The notes under the pieces were generated by a model. It did not search any database. It was not told where the DNA came from and saw nothing but the letters and a program-made list of their open reading frames with translations. A DNA stretch of 63,429 bases, filler included, from Folioceros fuciformis (taxonomy: Eukaryota): the NCBI GenBank assembly GCA_049999805.1. It is 4 parts of 4 records of this genome, joined end to end, with 100 filler letters (N's around TTAATTAATTAA, not from the genome) between each part and the next. Parts side by side here need not be neighbours in the genome. Positions count along the whole stretch, not along the records: positions 1 to 28,824 come from JBNGIO010005394.1; 3 more parts are not named here. One strand, 5' to 3'. This document shows, in pieces, positions 14,401 to 26,159 of the stretch (position 1 is the stretch's first letter; each line of letters starts with the position of its first letter). The translations under genes and the position numbers were made by a program.

Positions 14401-15189
14401 GTCCATGTGGTGCGTGCATCGAGTTGCTTAGCTTTGGGCCCAGTGTAGCCTCAAACCCTCAAAATTGAGAGGGTCGCTTGACGTTCGAGCCACATCTAGT
14501 TTGCATCCATGCTGCACCTGCCTACCTACGGCTATTGAATTCATAGCCTAAGCTATGCCGGGGGGGAGGGAAACTCAAACCCAAACGTGAGGGTTTGTGT
14601 GGCCACAAGCAAGCGAGTTGAAACCGCGTGCGCGTTAGTGGAGAGTTCAAGCGCTAAACCCAAATGGTTTGCACCAAAAAGTGCTGGCAAGAGTTATGCG
14701 AGATAGGGTACAATGAAGGCTCTCGTGCCCTCTGTTGTCACGAGCCATGTGCATTTTCGTCGTGAACCCTGAGATGTCTCCTTCAGGAAGGAGGGTACCA
14801 TTAGGTTTGGGACTAGAGCGGACTCTCGACTTTGTGCATTGTGGTGAAAGAAGATAGATAGTCTATGTCTTCTTTGGTATGCCATAAGAGTCACCCTCCA
14901 TTGACTTAAGTTATGAATCCTGCATCTGGTCTATGACTTGTCCAACCCACAGCCTAGCAATGTCCCTTGTGTCTTAGGCCAAGGCAATCTGCCTTTCGTC
15001 ATACACACAGAAGTTGTCAGTTGTACCAAATCACTTACAAGGGCTATGTTGAGTCAAACCAAGCCCCTCCAACGGCGTGCCAAGAAGCCACCTTCCTTGA
15101 GAAAATTCGGAATGCTTTCACTATCATGCACAAATTTGTTCCAAAGCTTGATCTTCGAGCTCTAGAAATTGAATACCAACGATAAAAAA

Positions 15190-15480
15190 GTACCCTTAGC
15201 TTCCTTCCCCTCCTCGTTTTTGCTCCCCTCTCCTTTCCTCTCCCCGCTTTTCTTCTCCCCTCCTATTCCTCTTCTCTCATTCCCCGTCTTATTAGTTCTC
15301 GTTTCTCATCACCCATGCTTTCCCGCTTCCCTCTCGTCCTCGGTCGCCAACCCATTTTCCCATTCTTCTTCTCATTTCTTTTTTTCTTTTCCTGTTTTTC
15401 CCTTTATTTTTATTTTTATGTTTCTTTTCCTTATTTTTCTTGATTTATCACAAAACTTTCTGTTTTACGCTTCCCTTCTA
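15190..15480. repeat. CT/T-rich low-complexity tract
   Basis: Almost pure pyrimidine stretch on the + strand. Confidence 0.7.
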
Positions 15481-16086
15481 ACTATCCGACATGCTTGACA
15501 GAGGACTATTTAGGCACCCTTGGGTTGAACTCCAATAGTTGTGGCAAAATATTTGCCAATCTCGTTTTTACTATAAAAATGAGCGTTTTTTAGTGCCTAA
15601 CTTTAGCTCTTGACCTCCTTTCCTCCAGTCACTACGCCTGCTCATCCCACTACTCTCCCTAGCACCAGGGGACTTATGTCACAGGACTCTCCAAGAGTGG
15701 AGCCATCCAACCGACTCTTGGAAATTTTCAGCTATACTGGTGTTTACTAGCTTTACTAATCTGCTAGCTAGATAAGTTGCTTGCTTGGGTCCCATCTTGA
15801 TTACTTAAATTCCAATAGTAGATTAGCTCTAGTAACTCCCCATTAACACTTATGCTATATTCTTCTTGGTGTGCCATTAACTTGCCTCAGGTAGGTTTCA
15901 CCTATTGATCGTCGGCCATTAGAACCATTCTTATGTTTGATTGGCCGGGTTGAAGGGCTTGGGAATTGACTTGAAGGAGGGCTATAAGGTAGTTACTTGA
16001 GGGGTAGTTGGAGAGTTTATAAGTGGGAGCTTAGGCCGTTGACCAAGTGGCTAACTTAAGGGCTAAGGGCTGACATAAAGACTAGA

Positions 16087-16291
16087 TGTTAGGAATTTAA
16101 TCTTACTCACTTACTGTTAATTATAGGGTTACTTATACTAGATTATATGATGAAAAGATCATCTAGTGAACAGGCACCTAGTACACATATATAGACATAC
16201 TTTAAAATCTTTTTGTATTCATTCAATTATTTTATGTTTATTCTCTCTTGCTCTTTTGGTCATGTCCTATTGTCATGTCCGATAATTGTCA
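16087..16291 (+). repeat. 5' LTR of copia element 1 (TG...CA, 205 bp), followed by a tRNA-Met-type PBS tggtatca at 16292
   Basis: Starts tgttaggaat, ends tgtca, immediately followed by tggtatca. First ~100 bp match 22111-22214. Confidence 0.85.
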
Positions 16292-19200
16292 TGGTATCAT
16301 GTCTAAGTTTGCTGACATTGATATCTTGACCGATCATGGAGTTTATTAGGTGATCATTTGCAAGCCTTTATTTACAAACTTTGCCATCGTACACACTTCC
16401 ACTACCTAGCAGGGATGAGAAGCTAAGAATCTAATCTATATGAGCTGATATCTAGACAAGTAAGAAGAGCAGCTCGGAATTCAACATAATTCATCACCTT
16501 CTCCGGATGCTGGCTGAATTTTGTCGAAGACCCCGCTTCCCTTCCTACAAGTCAGAGTTAGCCTAATTTCTATGGATTATGCTACTAATCTAGAATGATT
16601 ATCCAGACAGACACCCAACTTGTATAGAGGATTGCTGTTGTATGTACTCTAAAAGATGCCTAGACGCAAAAACAAGCAGGCCACAAGGCCATCATTTCCT
16701 GGTCAACCCAGACCTGATGGATTGCCTGCAAGATATACAACGAATGGCAACTGTCAGCAACAATCACCATCACAGCCAATTCAATTATAAGACTACGTAT
16801 CGGTGAAATTGACAGATCTTAATAGGTTGGAACAAAAATTGTGAGTTTTGAGTGACTAGTTGTCGCGCCTACTTCTCATTGAGAGATCAGCATCTGCATT
16901 TGCTATAAGAAATTATCTTGAGCGTGTGAGGTTTAGATCACGTCAGGATTTCTCTCGGCTAGATTCTGGATGTTCAACTAGCAACTCGAGATTCCAACTG
17001 TGGTGAAGAATCACAGGCTGTAGAGGGGAAAGGCACAGGCGGATGCGCCTGTTCTGCTTCTGTCCATGTTTTGTGACTTTCCACATCCTAACTGCCAGCT
17101 GTTTTTAGTTAGTTCATTTAATGTTTTATTCCTAACGGGATACCGTTTCGAGAGGGGGTTTGTGGCTTACTTACTTAAGCACCTTAGCACCTCTTCACCT
17201 TAGTTGGTGCCTCCTCCTATCACATATGCCTGTTATCAAATGGTTCTATTCCAGAACTAGCATCCACAACAACCAAAGGAGAAAAGGATCATTGGGCGCA
17301 TGCCAACAGCATATGCATGGCCCTACTCATCGATGGTCTTTCTGAAGACCTCCTCCCCGATGTAGAGTTCCTCACCATGGCAAGTCAAATATGGCAATAG
17401 CTTGCTGACACCTATCAAGTGCGCAATGTCATAACATTATGTGCACTTCGCTTGGAATTCTTTGGACTGAAAATGAAAGAAGGGGATAAGGTACTTACAC
17501 ATTGCAACAAGTTCCGCCACTTGTGAGCTCAACTTGCTGCTGTAGGCACCAAAATGGATGAGATTGATGCAGTGGCTCAATTGCTTACGAGCCTCCCTCC
17601 CAGCTACCAAAATTTCGTATCTTCACATAATGCTCCCATTAGAACAACAAATGTTGATGTTGCTGCTGGACAGGCCTCACTACTCACCCTTGACGGGGTG
17701 ATAGGCGCGTTAAACCAGGGAGAGCAAAGCAAGCTCATGTCAGGGTCTAGATCCAAGTCCAAAGCTGACAAAGTGTTTTCTGCTTCCCGTGGTAAACCAT
17801 TCTAGAGGGGCAAACCAAGAAACGTGCTAGGTACATATCCTCCTTGCCATGAGACTCGCCATGAGGCTAGTTCATCACCTACCAAGCGTCAGGGCACATG
17901 TAACTGGTGTGGTATCCCTGGACACTAGGCGAAGGAATGTCGTAAGAAGAGAGCTGGTGAACCTCAGAAGGCTCCCAAATCTGCATCCACTGCCACTGTT
18001 AGAGAACAACCTACTAAGCCAGTATTAAAAATATTGACTATATGTCTTACCTCCTCTACACATGACAGATCTTCATGGTTTCTAGATTTTGGAGCCACAG
18101 CACATACTTGTTGTGATGCATGTCAGTTCACCAGTCTTCAACTCACATCAAGTGTGGAGCGTGTCTACCTGGGTGATGAACAGAATGACACCAGTTTGCA
18201 GATCCTTGGTCAAGGTTGCTGCAAATTTAGACTGCATGATGAGACTATTCTTACCTTAGCTGATGTCCTGTATGTGCCTCGTATGGCCAAGAACTTGTTG
18301 TCTTTGAGCAAGTTGATGAAGACTCAGCAGTTTCTCCTCCAAGTTTCAGATACATCTTGCTATTTCTATAGGAGATCTGCCCCTTCTGTATGTGTCATCT
18401 GTGCATATCTTGACCAAGATTTATATCTTTTGGACATCAAGTGTATCATTTGTACTTCTCATCAGGCTCATTCTGCAAGTGTAGGAAACCTTTCAACTCA
18501 ACAGCAAGCATTCCTATGGCATGCACGTTTGGGTCATGTGAATAGAACCACACTTATTTCTATGAGCAAGTATGATGGTTACCATGAACTCTTACCATCT
18601 TACCTGAAGGATCTGCCACTCTGTGAGACATGCGCATTGGCTAAACAAAAGGAGCTCCCTTTCCCCAACACCCCAGCTCACAGATCTTCACGACTACCTG
18701 AACTGGTTCACGCTGATATCTCTGGCCGCCTCTAGGTTTCTTCACTTGGGGGGGCAGACTATTATCTAACTATCACCGATGACTACAGTCGCTACACATG
18801 GACATTCTCCATGCATAAGAAAAGTGACACCTTTCCCTTATTTAAGGACTGGTTAGTCATTATGCAACGACAGACTGGTTGCCTCTTGAAGCTGTTCAGG
18901 TCTGATAATGGCTCTGAATTTGTGAACCAAGCTTTTTCCACTTTCCTGGAATCACAAGGCATTATACATCAACTCATTGTACCATACACGCAGCAACAAA
19001 ATGGTGTTGCTGAACGTAAGAATCATACACTTATGGGAATGACAAGAGCTATGCTACTATGGTCAGGCTTACCATCCCCATATTGGGCCAAAGCAGTAGT
19101 CACTTCCACATACATCCTAAATAGATTGTTGACCAGCTCTCTTACAGAAAGCCTAGCTTGCTGCATCTTAGATTATTCGGTTCTAAAGCTTTTACCTACA

Positions 19201-21558
19201 TACCTTCTGAGAAGAGACGTAAGCTTAATAACCGATCTCGCAGCCTTATTTTCATTGGCTACAACGAAACTATAAAGGCTTATAAAATGATTGACCCCTC
19301 CTCACGTCAGCCTGTCCTAGCACGTAGTGTGACCTTCCTTGAACCATTACAACCAGTTACACAATCAGTAGTTTTTGATACATACTTTGGTTCAGATGGG
19401 TCACCTACAAATGTGGATGTCGAGGATGAGTCTGCTGGACATATTTCAATTTATCCCCTTGATGCTGATGGTGATCCAGGTCTTCCCCATGTCCCTCCAG
19501 TTCTCATATGCCTGTACTTGATCCACCATACCAGCCAGATGTTCCTGCTCCAGCCCTAGATCATGATGTAGCCCAAGCATAGTTAGATCCAGATGACTTA
19601 GTCATTGCGGACGATTCTGCAGAGGAGCATAGACCAAATTTACTTGCAGCAGTAGAGGAGGCCCCCTTAGTAGATGTCCCTGAACCAGATGGTGGCCCTC
19701 GACGATCTACTCGCCATCGCCCTCCACCATCTGATTGGCAGCAGCCGAGATACACATCCATAGATTTCAGAAGAACACATTGTTGGTGCTTCCACAACCT
19801 TTATTCCTATTGTCCCACCTGAGCCTTCAACTCTGACAAAAGCATTCACGGGTCCCGATAAGGAAAAATGGAAAATTGTTGTTAATGACGAGTACAACAG
19901 TTTGATGAAGAATGGAACTTGGCATCTTGTCCCTCACCCTGCAAACTGGAAACCTATCACATGTAAGTGGGTTTTTAAACACAAGCTGAATGCAGCTGGG
20001 GAGATTGCTAGATATAAAGCACACTTATGCACTCGAGAGTTTACACAAATTGCTAGGTTGGACTACTAGGAAACATTCTCACCTGTGGTTTGTGCTCAGT
20101 CCATTCGTCTTATTCTTGCCCTTGCAGCTAAGCATGACTTAGAACTCCAGCAGATGGATGTCTGCACAACTTTTCTCCATGGCATCCTTGAAGAGGAGCT
20201 GTACATGGAGGAGCCCGAAGGCTATATTAACCATGAACATCCAGACCACGTTTGTCTATTTGTTAAATGCTTGTATGGGTTAAAGCAAAGTACAAAAAGA
20301 TGGTACAAACGCTGTGACAAAGCATTAAAATCCCTTGGTTTCCGATAGTGTACAGCAGAGTCCAATGTGTATGTCCTACAAGATGGAGCCGATTATGTTC
20401 TCCTAGCACTGTATGTAGATGATGTTATCCTGGCTGCTAATAGCACTGAACTCCTTGCCCGAGTCAAGGGTCTTCTTAGCTAGACCTTGGAGATGACAGA
20501 TAGTGGTGACCTTTGGTTCTGTTTAGGCATCCAACTACTTAGGGTTAGGTCTGAACGGCTTTTGATCATTCATCAACACAAGTACATAGCAGAAATTTTG
20601 CATAAGTTTAACATGCTTCAAGCACATCCCGCTAGTACACCTGGAGCCGTTGGGACTAAGCTTACCCATTATGAATGCCCCATGACTGATGCTCATAAGG
20701 CAGATATAGCTGATGTCCCTTATTGTCATGCAGTAGGTAGCTTGATTTTTGTGAGCAACTAGACTCACTCTAACATTCAACACTCGGTTAGTACAGTCTA
20801 CCAGTTTATGGAGAACCCAGGCCGAGCACACTGGACTACTGTAAAGAGGATATTCCAATATTTACGAGGAGCTCACATCTATGGCCTTTGTTATAAGCAT
20901 ACTGGACAGTCCCCACGTACCTTGCATGGCTTCACAGACGCAAATTGGGTCTTTCGACAGTGACTCTAGGAAGAGTCTCTTGACCTCAGTTTTTCTCCTT
21001 GCACAGGCTGCAGTCAGCTGGAGCTGCAAGAAGCAAACCAGCATTGCATTATTGAGTACTGAAGGAGAATATAAATCCCTATCAGATGCAACTAAGGAAA
21101 TCGAATGGAAAAGGTCTTTTCTTGCTGATATCGGACAAGAGCAATTAGGTCCCACTCACCTGCACTACGATAACCAGTCAGCAATCGCTCTCGTCTCCAA
21201 CCCTCGGTTCCATGCTTGTACAAAACATATCGAGATCCAGCATCATTATGTCAGAGATGCTGTTGAGGGGGAATTACCAAGGTTTTCTATGTTCCCATAG
21301 ATGATAACACAGCAGACATTCTGACCAAGGCTCTTCCCAAAGACAAGCATTACAAACATATGGAAGGCCTTGGGCTGATTGATTACCAACCCTACTTTCG
21401 CAAAGAGTAACTTACAAATGGGGGGGGGGTGAGGCCTTAGACCTTAGATGTGGAGATGCTACTCGTTTTCTTTTCTCTGTTTTTCAAGCGCCTGTGTGCA
21501 CCGACAGGGAGGGCTAGCAGCTACACCACTAGACAGGTGGATGAATCTCAACGCCATT

Positions 21559-21861
21559 CTAATCACCTGGATACTGGTGCCCTTCCTCCTCCTGCAGTAT
21601 CTTCAACAGACCAAGCAGCCTCTGCGCTTCCTGAAGAGGTCTGAGCAGGCTAGCTTCGTCACCAGTATCCTCTGGAGTTTCTCCTTCCCTCCCAGGCTTC
21701 GTCCAATAGAGTTTTATGTTGAAAAGAACTTTCCAGCCTTTGACCCTGATGGCGGCGCCAGCTATGTGGGTTTCATCCCACTCCTCTTTAGCAGGCTTCT
21801 TCTTGGCAAACTGCTCCTTCTGTGTCCTACGCTTGGACCTCTTCGAAGGCATTGTGCACAC
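21559..21861 (-). pseudogene. Antisense accessory ORF remnant in the 3' region of copia element 1
   Basis: 100-codon K/E-rich ORF between the pol stop (~21410) and the PPT (~22101). Its C-terminal LLRPLQEAQRLLGLLKILQEEEGHQ aligns with the antisense gene at 24600-24688. The frame is interrupted by a stop upstream. Confidence 0.5.
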
Positions 21862-22100
21862 CAGGACAAACGCTTACAACTTGGACTCCATTAAAGATGC
21901 AAGTGATGAGAACCTAGTATGCAGATGCGAGATTTGTAACAGTCTCCATTATTCTCCAGCTCACTCGTCCGTGTTTGGTGATGATCGCCGCAGTTCAAGT
22001 TCTTTGTGTCTACCTCTGCCTCGTGACTGTCCCGTGTCTTCTTCATTGATGACCCCGTCTGTAGTCAGTTGCGCCCTAACCTCCCTAAGCTTGTTTCGCT

Positions 22101-22220
22101 TAAGGGAGGGTGTTAGGAATTTAACCTTACTCTCTTAGGGTTAATTATAGGGTTACTTATACTAAGATTATATTATGAAATGATCATCTAGTGAAGAGGC
22201 ACCTAGTGCACATAGGACAT
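22101..22220 (+). repeat. PPT (taagggaggg) and truncated 3' LTR of copia element 1
   Basis: LTR copy begins at 22111. I count about 8 substitutions and 1 indel in ~103 bp versus the 5' LTR, after which similarity stops. Confidence 0.85.
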
Positions 22221-23850
22221 AAAGAGGACTTCTACGCTGGAAGTGCCAAAGGAGGAACTCACCATGTTGATCGAAGGGATGGATGCTAAGACCCGAAATG
22301 GTTGGCAGACTAACAAGATGGCATAGGCCAAGTGGAAGTTGTTCACTAACATTGTGTTGGTTCTAACATGTTGTTAAAGGATGTATTTCTCAAACTCTTT
22401 CTTTCATTTCTTATGGAAGGTTAAGCAAGGGACCCATTCAAATTGGGGGGCTGTTGGGTGCTTATGAGTACCATAGGGACAAGTTGATGCACCAAAATCA
22501 AAAGGACAATGACAGGGAGAGGCACACTCACATCTACACCTATCTGTTTCATTTATGGTAGGCCCATGGAATTAGCCTCTTTTAAGTTAATTGATGGATG
22601 TGAACGAGGAAATGATTAGCAATCAAGAGTGAGTCTCCCTACTACAGGAGCTGTATGTAGGAGCTGGAGGATAGACTAACCATTGTCGAAGGGGAGCTAT
22701 TGGCTGCCTAAAAGCAATGGGTCCTCCATACCCAAAAGTTGGGAGAAACCAAAACTTTGGAGTTGGAGAAGGTTTTGGGACGGTTGAGGTTGGCAAAGGA
22801 CAAGTGTTAGAAAGAGGAAAACCACCATTAGCAAGTCATCCACGAGATGCTAGTCACCAAGAAGAGGAGGTTCCAAACAGATTTTGGGTGGCAACAATAT
22901 TTTCATGAAGCCATGGCAAAAGGAGGCAAGAAAAATTGTAACCCTCTAAACCCAATTGTTGGAGGTCACCACGGAGAGGGATACCTTGAGGGAGAGGTTG
23001 CGATCTGATCAACCAGGTTTTGAAGATTGTTGTATCAAAATTAGGAGATGCAAGCCCACCTTTATGGGAAGATCACCAATTTCTCTTGTGAGATGAGTGG
23101 GCTAGTCAAGAGAAGAGTGGTGGGACCTCACGACGATGATAGAGAAATGCTGGAGAATTTGAGGCCCAAGGAGGGAGACTTTGAGTGCTCAGACAAGGAT
23201 GACAAAGAGTCAAAATTAGCATGGGAGGTACCCTCGCCAAGGGAAACTTTAGTCCCTCCTCAAAAGGGGCAAGGTGGATCTCATAAGGGGACAAATGGAG
23301 GAGAGAACCATGTAAGCAGCATGCCAGTACCCAAAAAGGTGGCACCTTGAAGAGTTAGGAGGCAATAGGCCACTAAATCCAAGAGACCAACCATGATCTA
23401 TTAACCTACAATAGTTTAATAGGTTGATAGTACTTGCGGTGATAGGGTTAGTAGTTAGTATGGTTTAATGCAAGGGAAGGTAAGCGGGGGTATGACCACG
23501 AGCACAAGAGCACACAACAAGAGGAAAAAAGAAAAGCGATTATCTTCATTGAACAAAAAGGATGAAATATATACAAAAGTAAGTATGTTTGTTGTAACTG
23601 ATTATGAAACTACTAATGTATATTTAACTAACTCACAAATCACTATTATTTCCTTTATGCCTTCTTAGTTGAAATAATCAGCATAAAGGGCAATATCGGA
23701 AATAGGTAAAGTATAAATTAAACTTTAAACTTTAAATCCTGAAACGAGTTCCTTGTGAAATCGGGTTTGAATGCAAATACGGCCAGTCTGGTCACATTTG
23801 TTCCTCGTGCCTACTACACTTAGTATGGTTCAGTTTCTGTGATAAAAAAC

Positions 23851-24688
23851 ATGATGTCTCACCATTCCCACTTGGAATTGTGCAATCTCGCTGCTACCCT
23901 CCTGTTGGCCTGGTTCGCAATCATCCTGTTGGGCATCTTGCTACTAGAATGTAGGCATTGCTATCTGTTGATGGAGCTCTCGACTAAGACGGCAACAAGG
24001 GGAGTTGAATGTATCCATTGTGGTAGGGAATGGATCCCTACCACCAAGTACTCCTGCCGCCAGTGGACTCTCCATAGGATGATATGTGAGCATCCAGGTA
24101 CTGACGTCGATGCTCTCAAGACAGAAGAGGAGCAAGCCCAGAAGGATTGGGCGAAGGTCAGATTGAAAACAATGACTCCTACTGGATTTAAAGTGCAACC
24201 TTATGATACTCCTCCACAGGTATGCTTTGACAATGTGAATCTGAGCAAACAGGGGAGACTATCCAAACATGAGTACCAAAGGGAAATGGAAAGGATATTC
24301 CCAGAAGAAGATTGGGAGCTGGATTACAATTATACATACAGGATTACCTCTGAGTGTGCTAGGCAGAAACTGAGCAAGGAGGAGAAGATGGTACTGTTAC
24401 GTGCAACCAAAATACCTTGTAAAAATGTAGATGCTCCCTCTAGAGGAGGAGTGCGTAAGAGGGTTAGATACGATGATCTAGATGAGGAAGGGCAAGCGCT
24501 TACTTGTACATTAGGCTTCATCCACCTTGCCCCTACCTCACTTATGCATTCATTTATGCCTCTGATAAAGTTCTGACCTTCTCTCTCTTTGTCCTGCAGC
24601 ACTGCTAGGAGAATTAAAGAAGACTGAAGAACTGCTGAAAGTCTTGAAAGGGAAAATCAAAGAGAAGGGCTATCATATTAGATGCTGA
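23851..24688 (+). CDS. Putative spliced antisense accessory gene of copia element A: N-terminal transmembrane/signal anchor, C-x2-C-x17-H-x3-C motif, C-terminal amphipathic helix
   Basis: ATG at 23851; LAATLLLAWFAIILLGILLL; CIHC...HRMIC. Candidate donor gtaaga at 24455 and strong acceptor ctgac...ctctctttgtcctgcag at 24599 give LLGELKKTEELLKVLKGKIKEKGYHIRC*. Converges on the pol stop at 24710. Confidence 0.55.
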
Positions 24689-24709
24689 GACATAGTGACT
24701 AGAGAAAGC

Positions 24710-24966
24710 CTAATGTGCAGTGTCAAGCTTGTGTGATGCTGCTATAAGCCTGAGACCTGCTGTTGTGGTGTGCTTAGCATGTAGAACTCTCGGTAGAGCC
24801 TTTGTTAGAAGGTCCGCTATGTTGTCACTTGTAGGCATGTAGTGTACCTCAACTTCACCTGCATCAACACCTTGACGAATAAACTGGTGAGTAATTTCTA
24901 TATGTTTCGACCTTGCATGAAAAACAGGGTTTTTTTAAAGTGCAGTAGCAGATTGGTTGTCACACC
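24710..24966 (-). mobile_element. Ty1/copia RNase H 3' end (element A, outermost layer of the nest)
   Basis: CDNQSATAL..NPVFHARSKHIEITHQFIRQGVDAGEVEVHYMPTSDNIADLLTKAL...*, cut off at 24966 by an LTR. Confidence 0.85.
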
Positions 24967-26159
24967 TGAAGGACCGCAACAAGGAGCTACATGATGAAGG
25001 AGGAGAGGAGGAGGCAAGGAGGAGAGGAGAAAAGAGGTCACACTCTCACACAGAGTCTCTATAGCAAGGGAGCTCAAGGGGGTATTTATACCCTTTAGAA
25101 GAGCTCCCTAGGAAGCTTCACAAGAAGCGCATAAGAAGCTGCGCAAGAAGCTTCATACAGATTATCTTAAGCTAATCTAAACTAATGGTACTTAACTAGA
25201 CACTAATCTTAGACTAAACACATTAGTCTAAGCACATTGGGCTTTAATAACCCTACAACCTCCCCCTTAAAGGCCAATTTACCTTTATAAGAGAGTGGTC
25301 TACCTCATGCCCATGAATGTCCGAGCTTGTGCGAATTGCTCCGAAGAGAGCCCCTTGGTAAGAACATCTGCAGGGTTATGACTGGTGTGAACTTTGACAA
25401 GCTGTACCCTCTTGTCTTCTAACACCTCTTGAATACAGTGATACTTTACTTCCACATGTTTGGTCTTCGCATGAAACACTGAATTCTTCGCCAATTGGAT
25501 AGCACTCTGGCTATCACAGTGCAACACTAGCAGCTCAACCTTGATCCCCAAATCTCCCACTAAACGAGCAAGCCACATGGCTTCCTTGCACGCCTCAATC
25601 ACCGCAACATACTCGGCCTCTGTGGTAGATAGTGTTATGCACGATTGCAAACGAGATCGCCATGAGACTGCCCCTCCAATGCACATGAAGACATAACTTG
25701 ATGTGGACCTCCTTTTGTCCATATCCCCTGCATAATCAGCATCCGTATATCCCACGACAAATGCATCTTCACTACCAAAACATAAGCACAAAGCTTTCGT
25801 ACCATTCAATTACCTCATAACTCCTTTCACTGCCTCCCAATGCTTCCTGCCAGGGTTTGACATAAACCTGCTAACTTTTCCCACTGCAAAAGCAATGTCA
25901 GGACGTGTAGCAATAATTGCATACATCAAACTCCCTACAGCTGAAAAGTATGGAACCTTCTCCATTTCAGCTTTGTCCTTCGTAGAGCTTCGGCAATCCT
26001 GGTTTGAAAGTTTCACATATGGAGGCAACGGCGTACTCAATACCTTCCCCTTCCCCATATTGAAACGTTGAAGCACCTTGTTAATGTATTAAGTCTGAGA
26101 CAAGTACAAAAAACGCTTTTGTCTGTCTCGACAATTACACATGCCAAGAATATGGCTTG
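24967..26159 (-). mobile_element. Ty1/copia 3' part (element B, Tnt1/Tork-like): RT end, RNase H, PPT and 3' LTR 24967-25257
   Basis: VPYFSAVGSLMYA, TRPDIAFAV, GYTDADYAGDMDKRRSTS, LSTTEAEYVA, CDSQSAI. PPT aagggggagg is followed by an LTR tgtaggg...ccttca containing tataaata. Confidence 0.88.

Larger units (their letters stand above)
16087..22220 (+). mobile_element. Decayed near-complete Ty1/copia LTR retrotransposon (element 1)
   Basis: 5' LTR and PBS, then gag (LLTSLPPSYQNF; CNWCGIPGH*AKEC knuckle), protease WFLDFGATAH, integrase (LWHARLGH, FRSDNGSEF, QNGVAERKN), RT (QMDVCTTFLHG, LYVDD), RNase H (ALLSTEGEY, KHIEIQHHYVR), PPT and truncated 3' LTR. Many stops and frameshifts. Confidence 0.93.

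Noticed and set aside
12808-15185. Short ORFs, including one with a 48-bp internal repeat and a CPLC..H..C-like motif near 14960
   Set aside because: Stop-riddled and unassignable; probably old TE debris, but no family can be supported.
21448-21894. Hydrophobic sense ORF after pol that might be an env-like gene
   Set aside because: Its hydrophobicity is what the reverse complement of a K/E-rich antisense ORF produces, and only the antisense frame shows similarity to another element.
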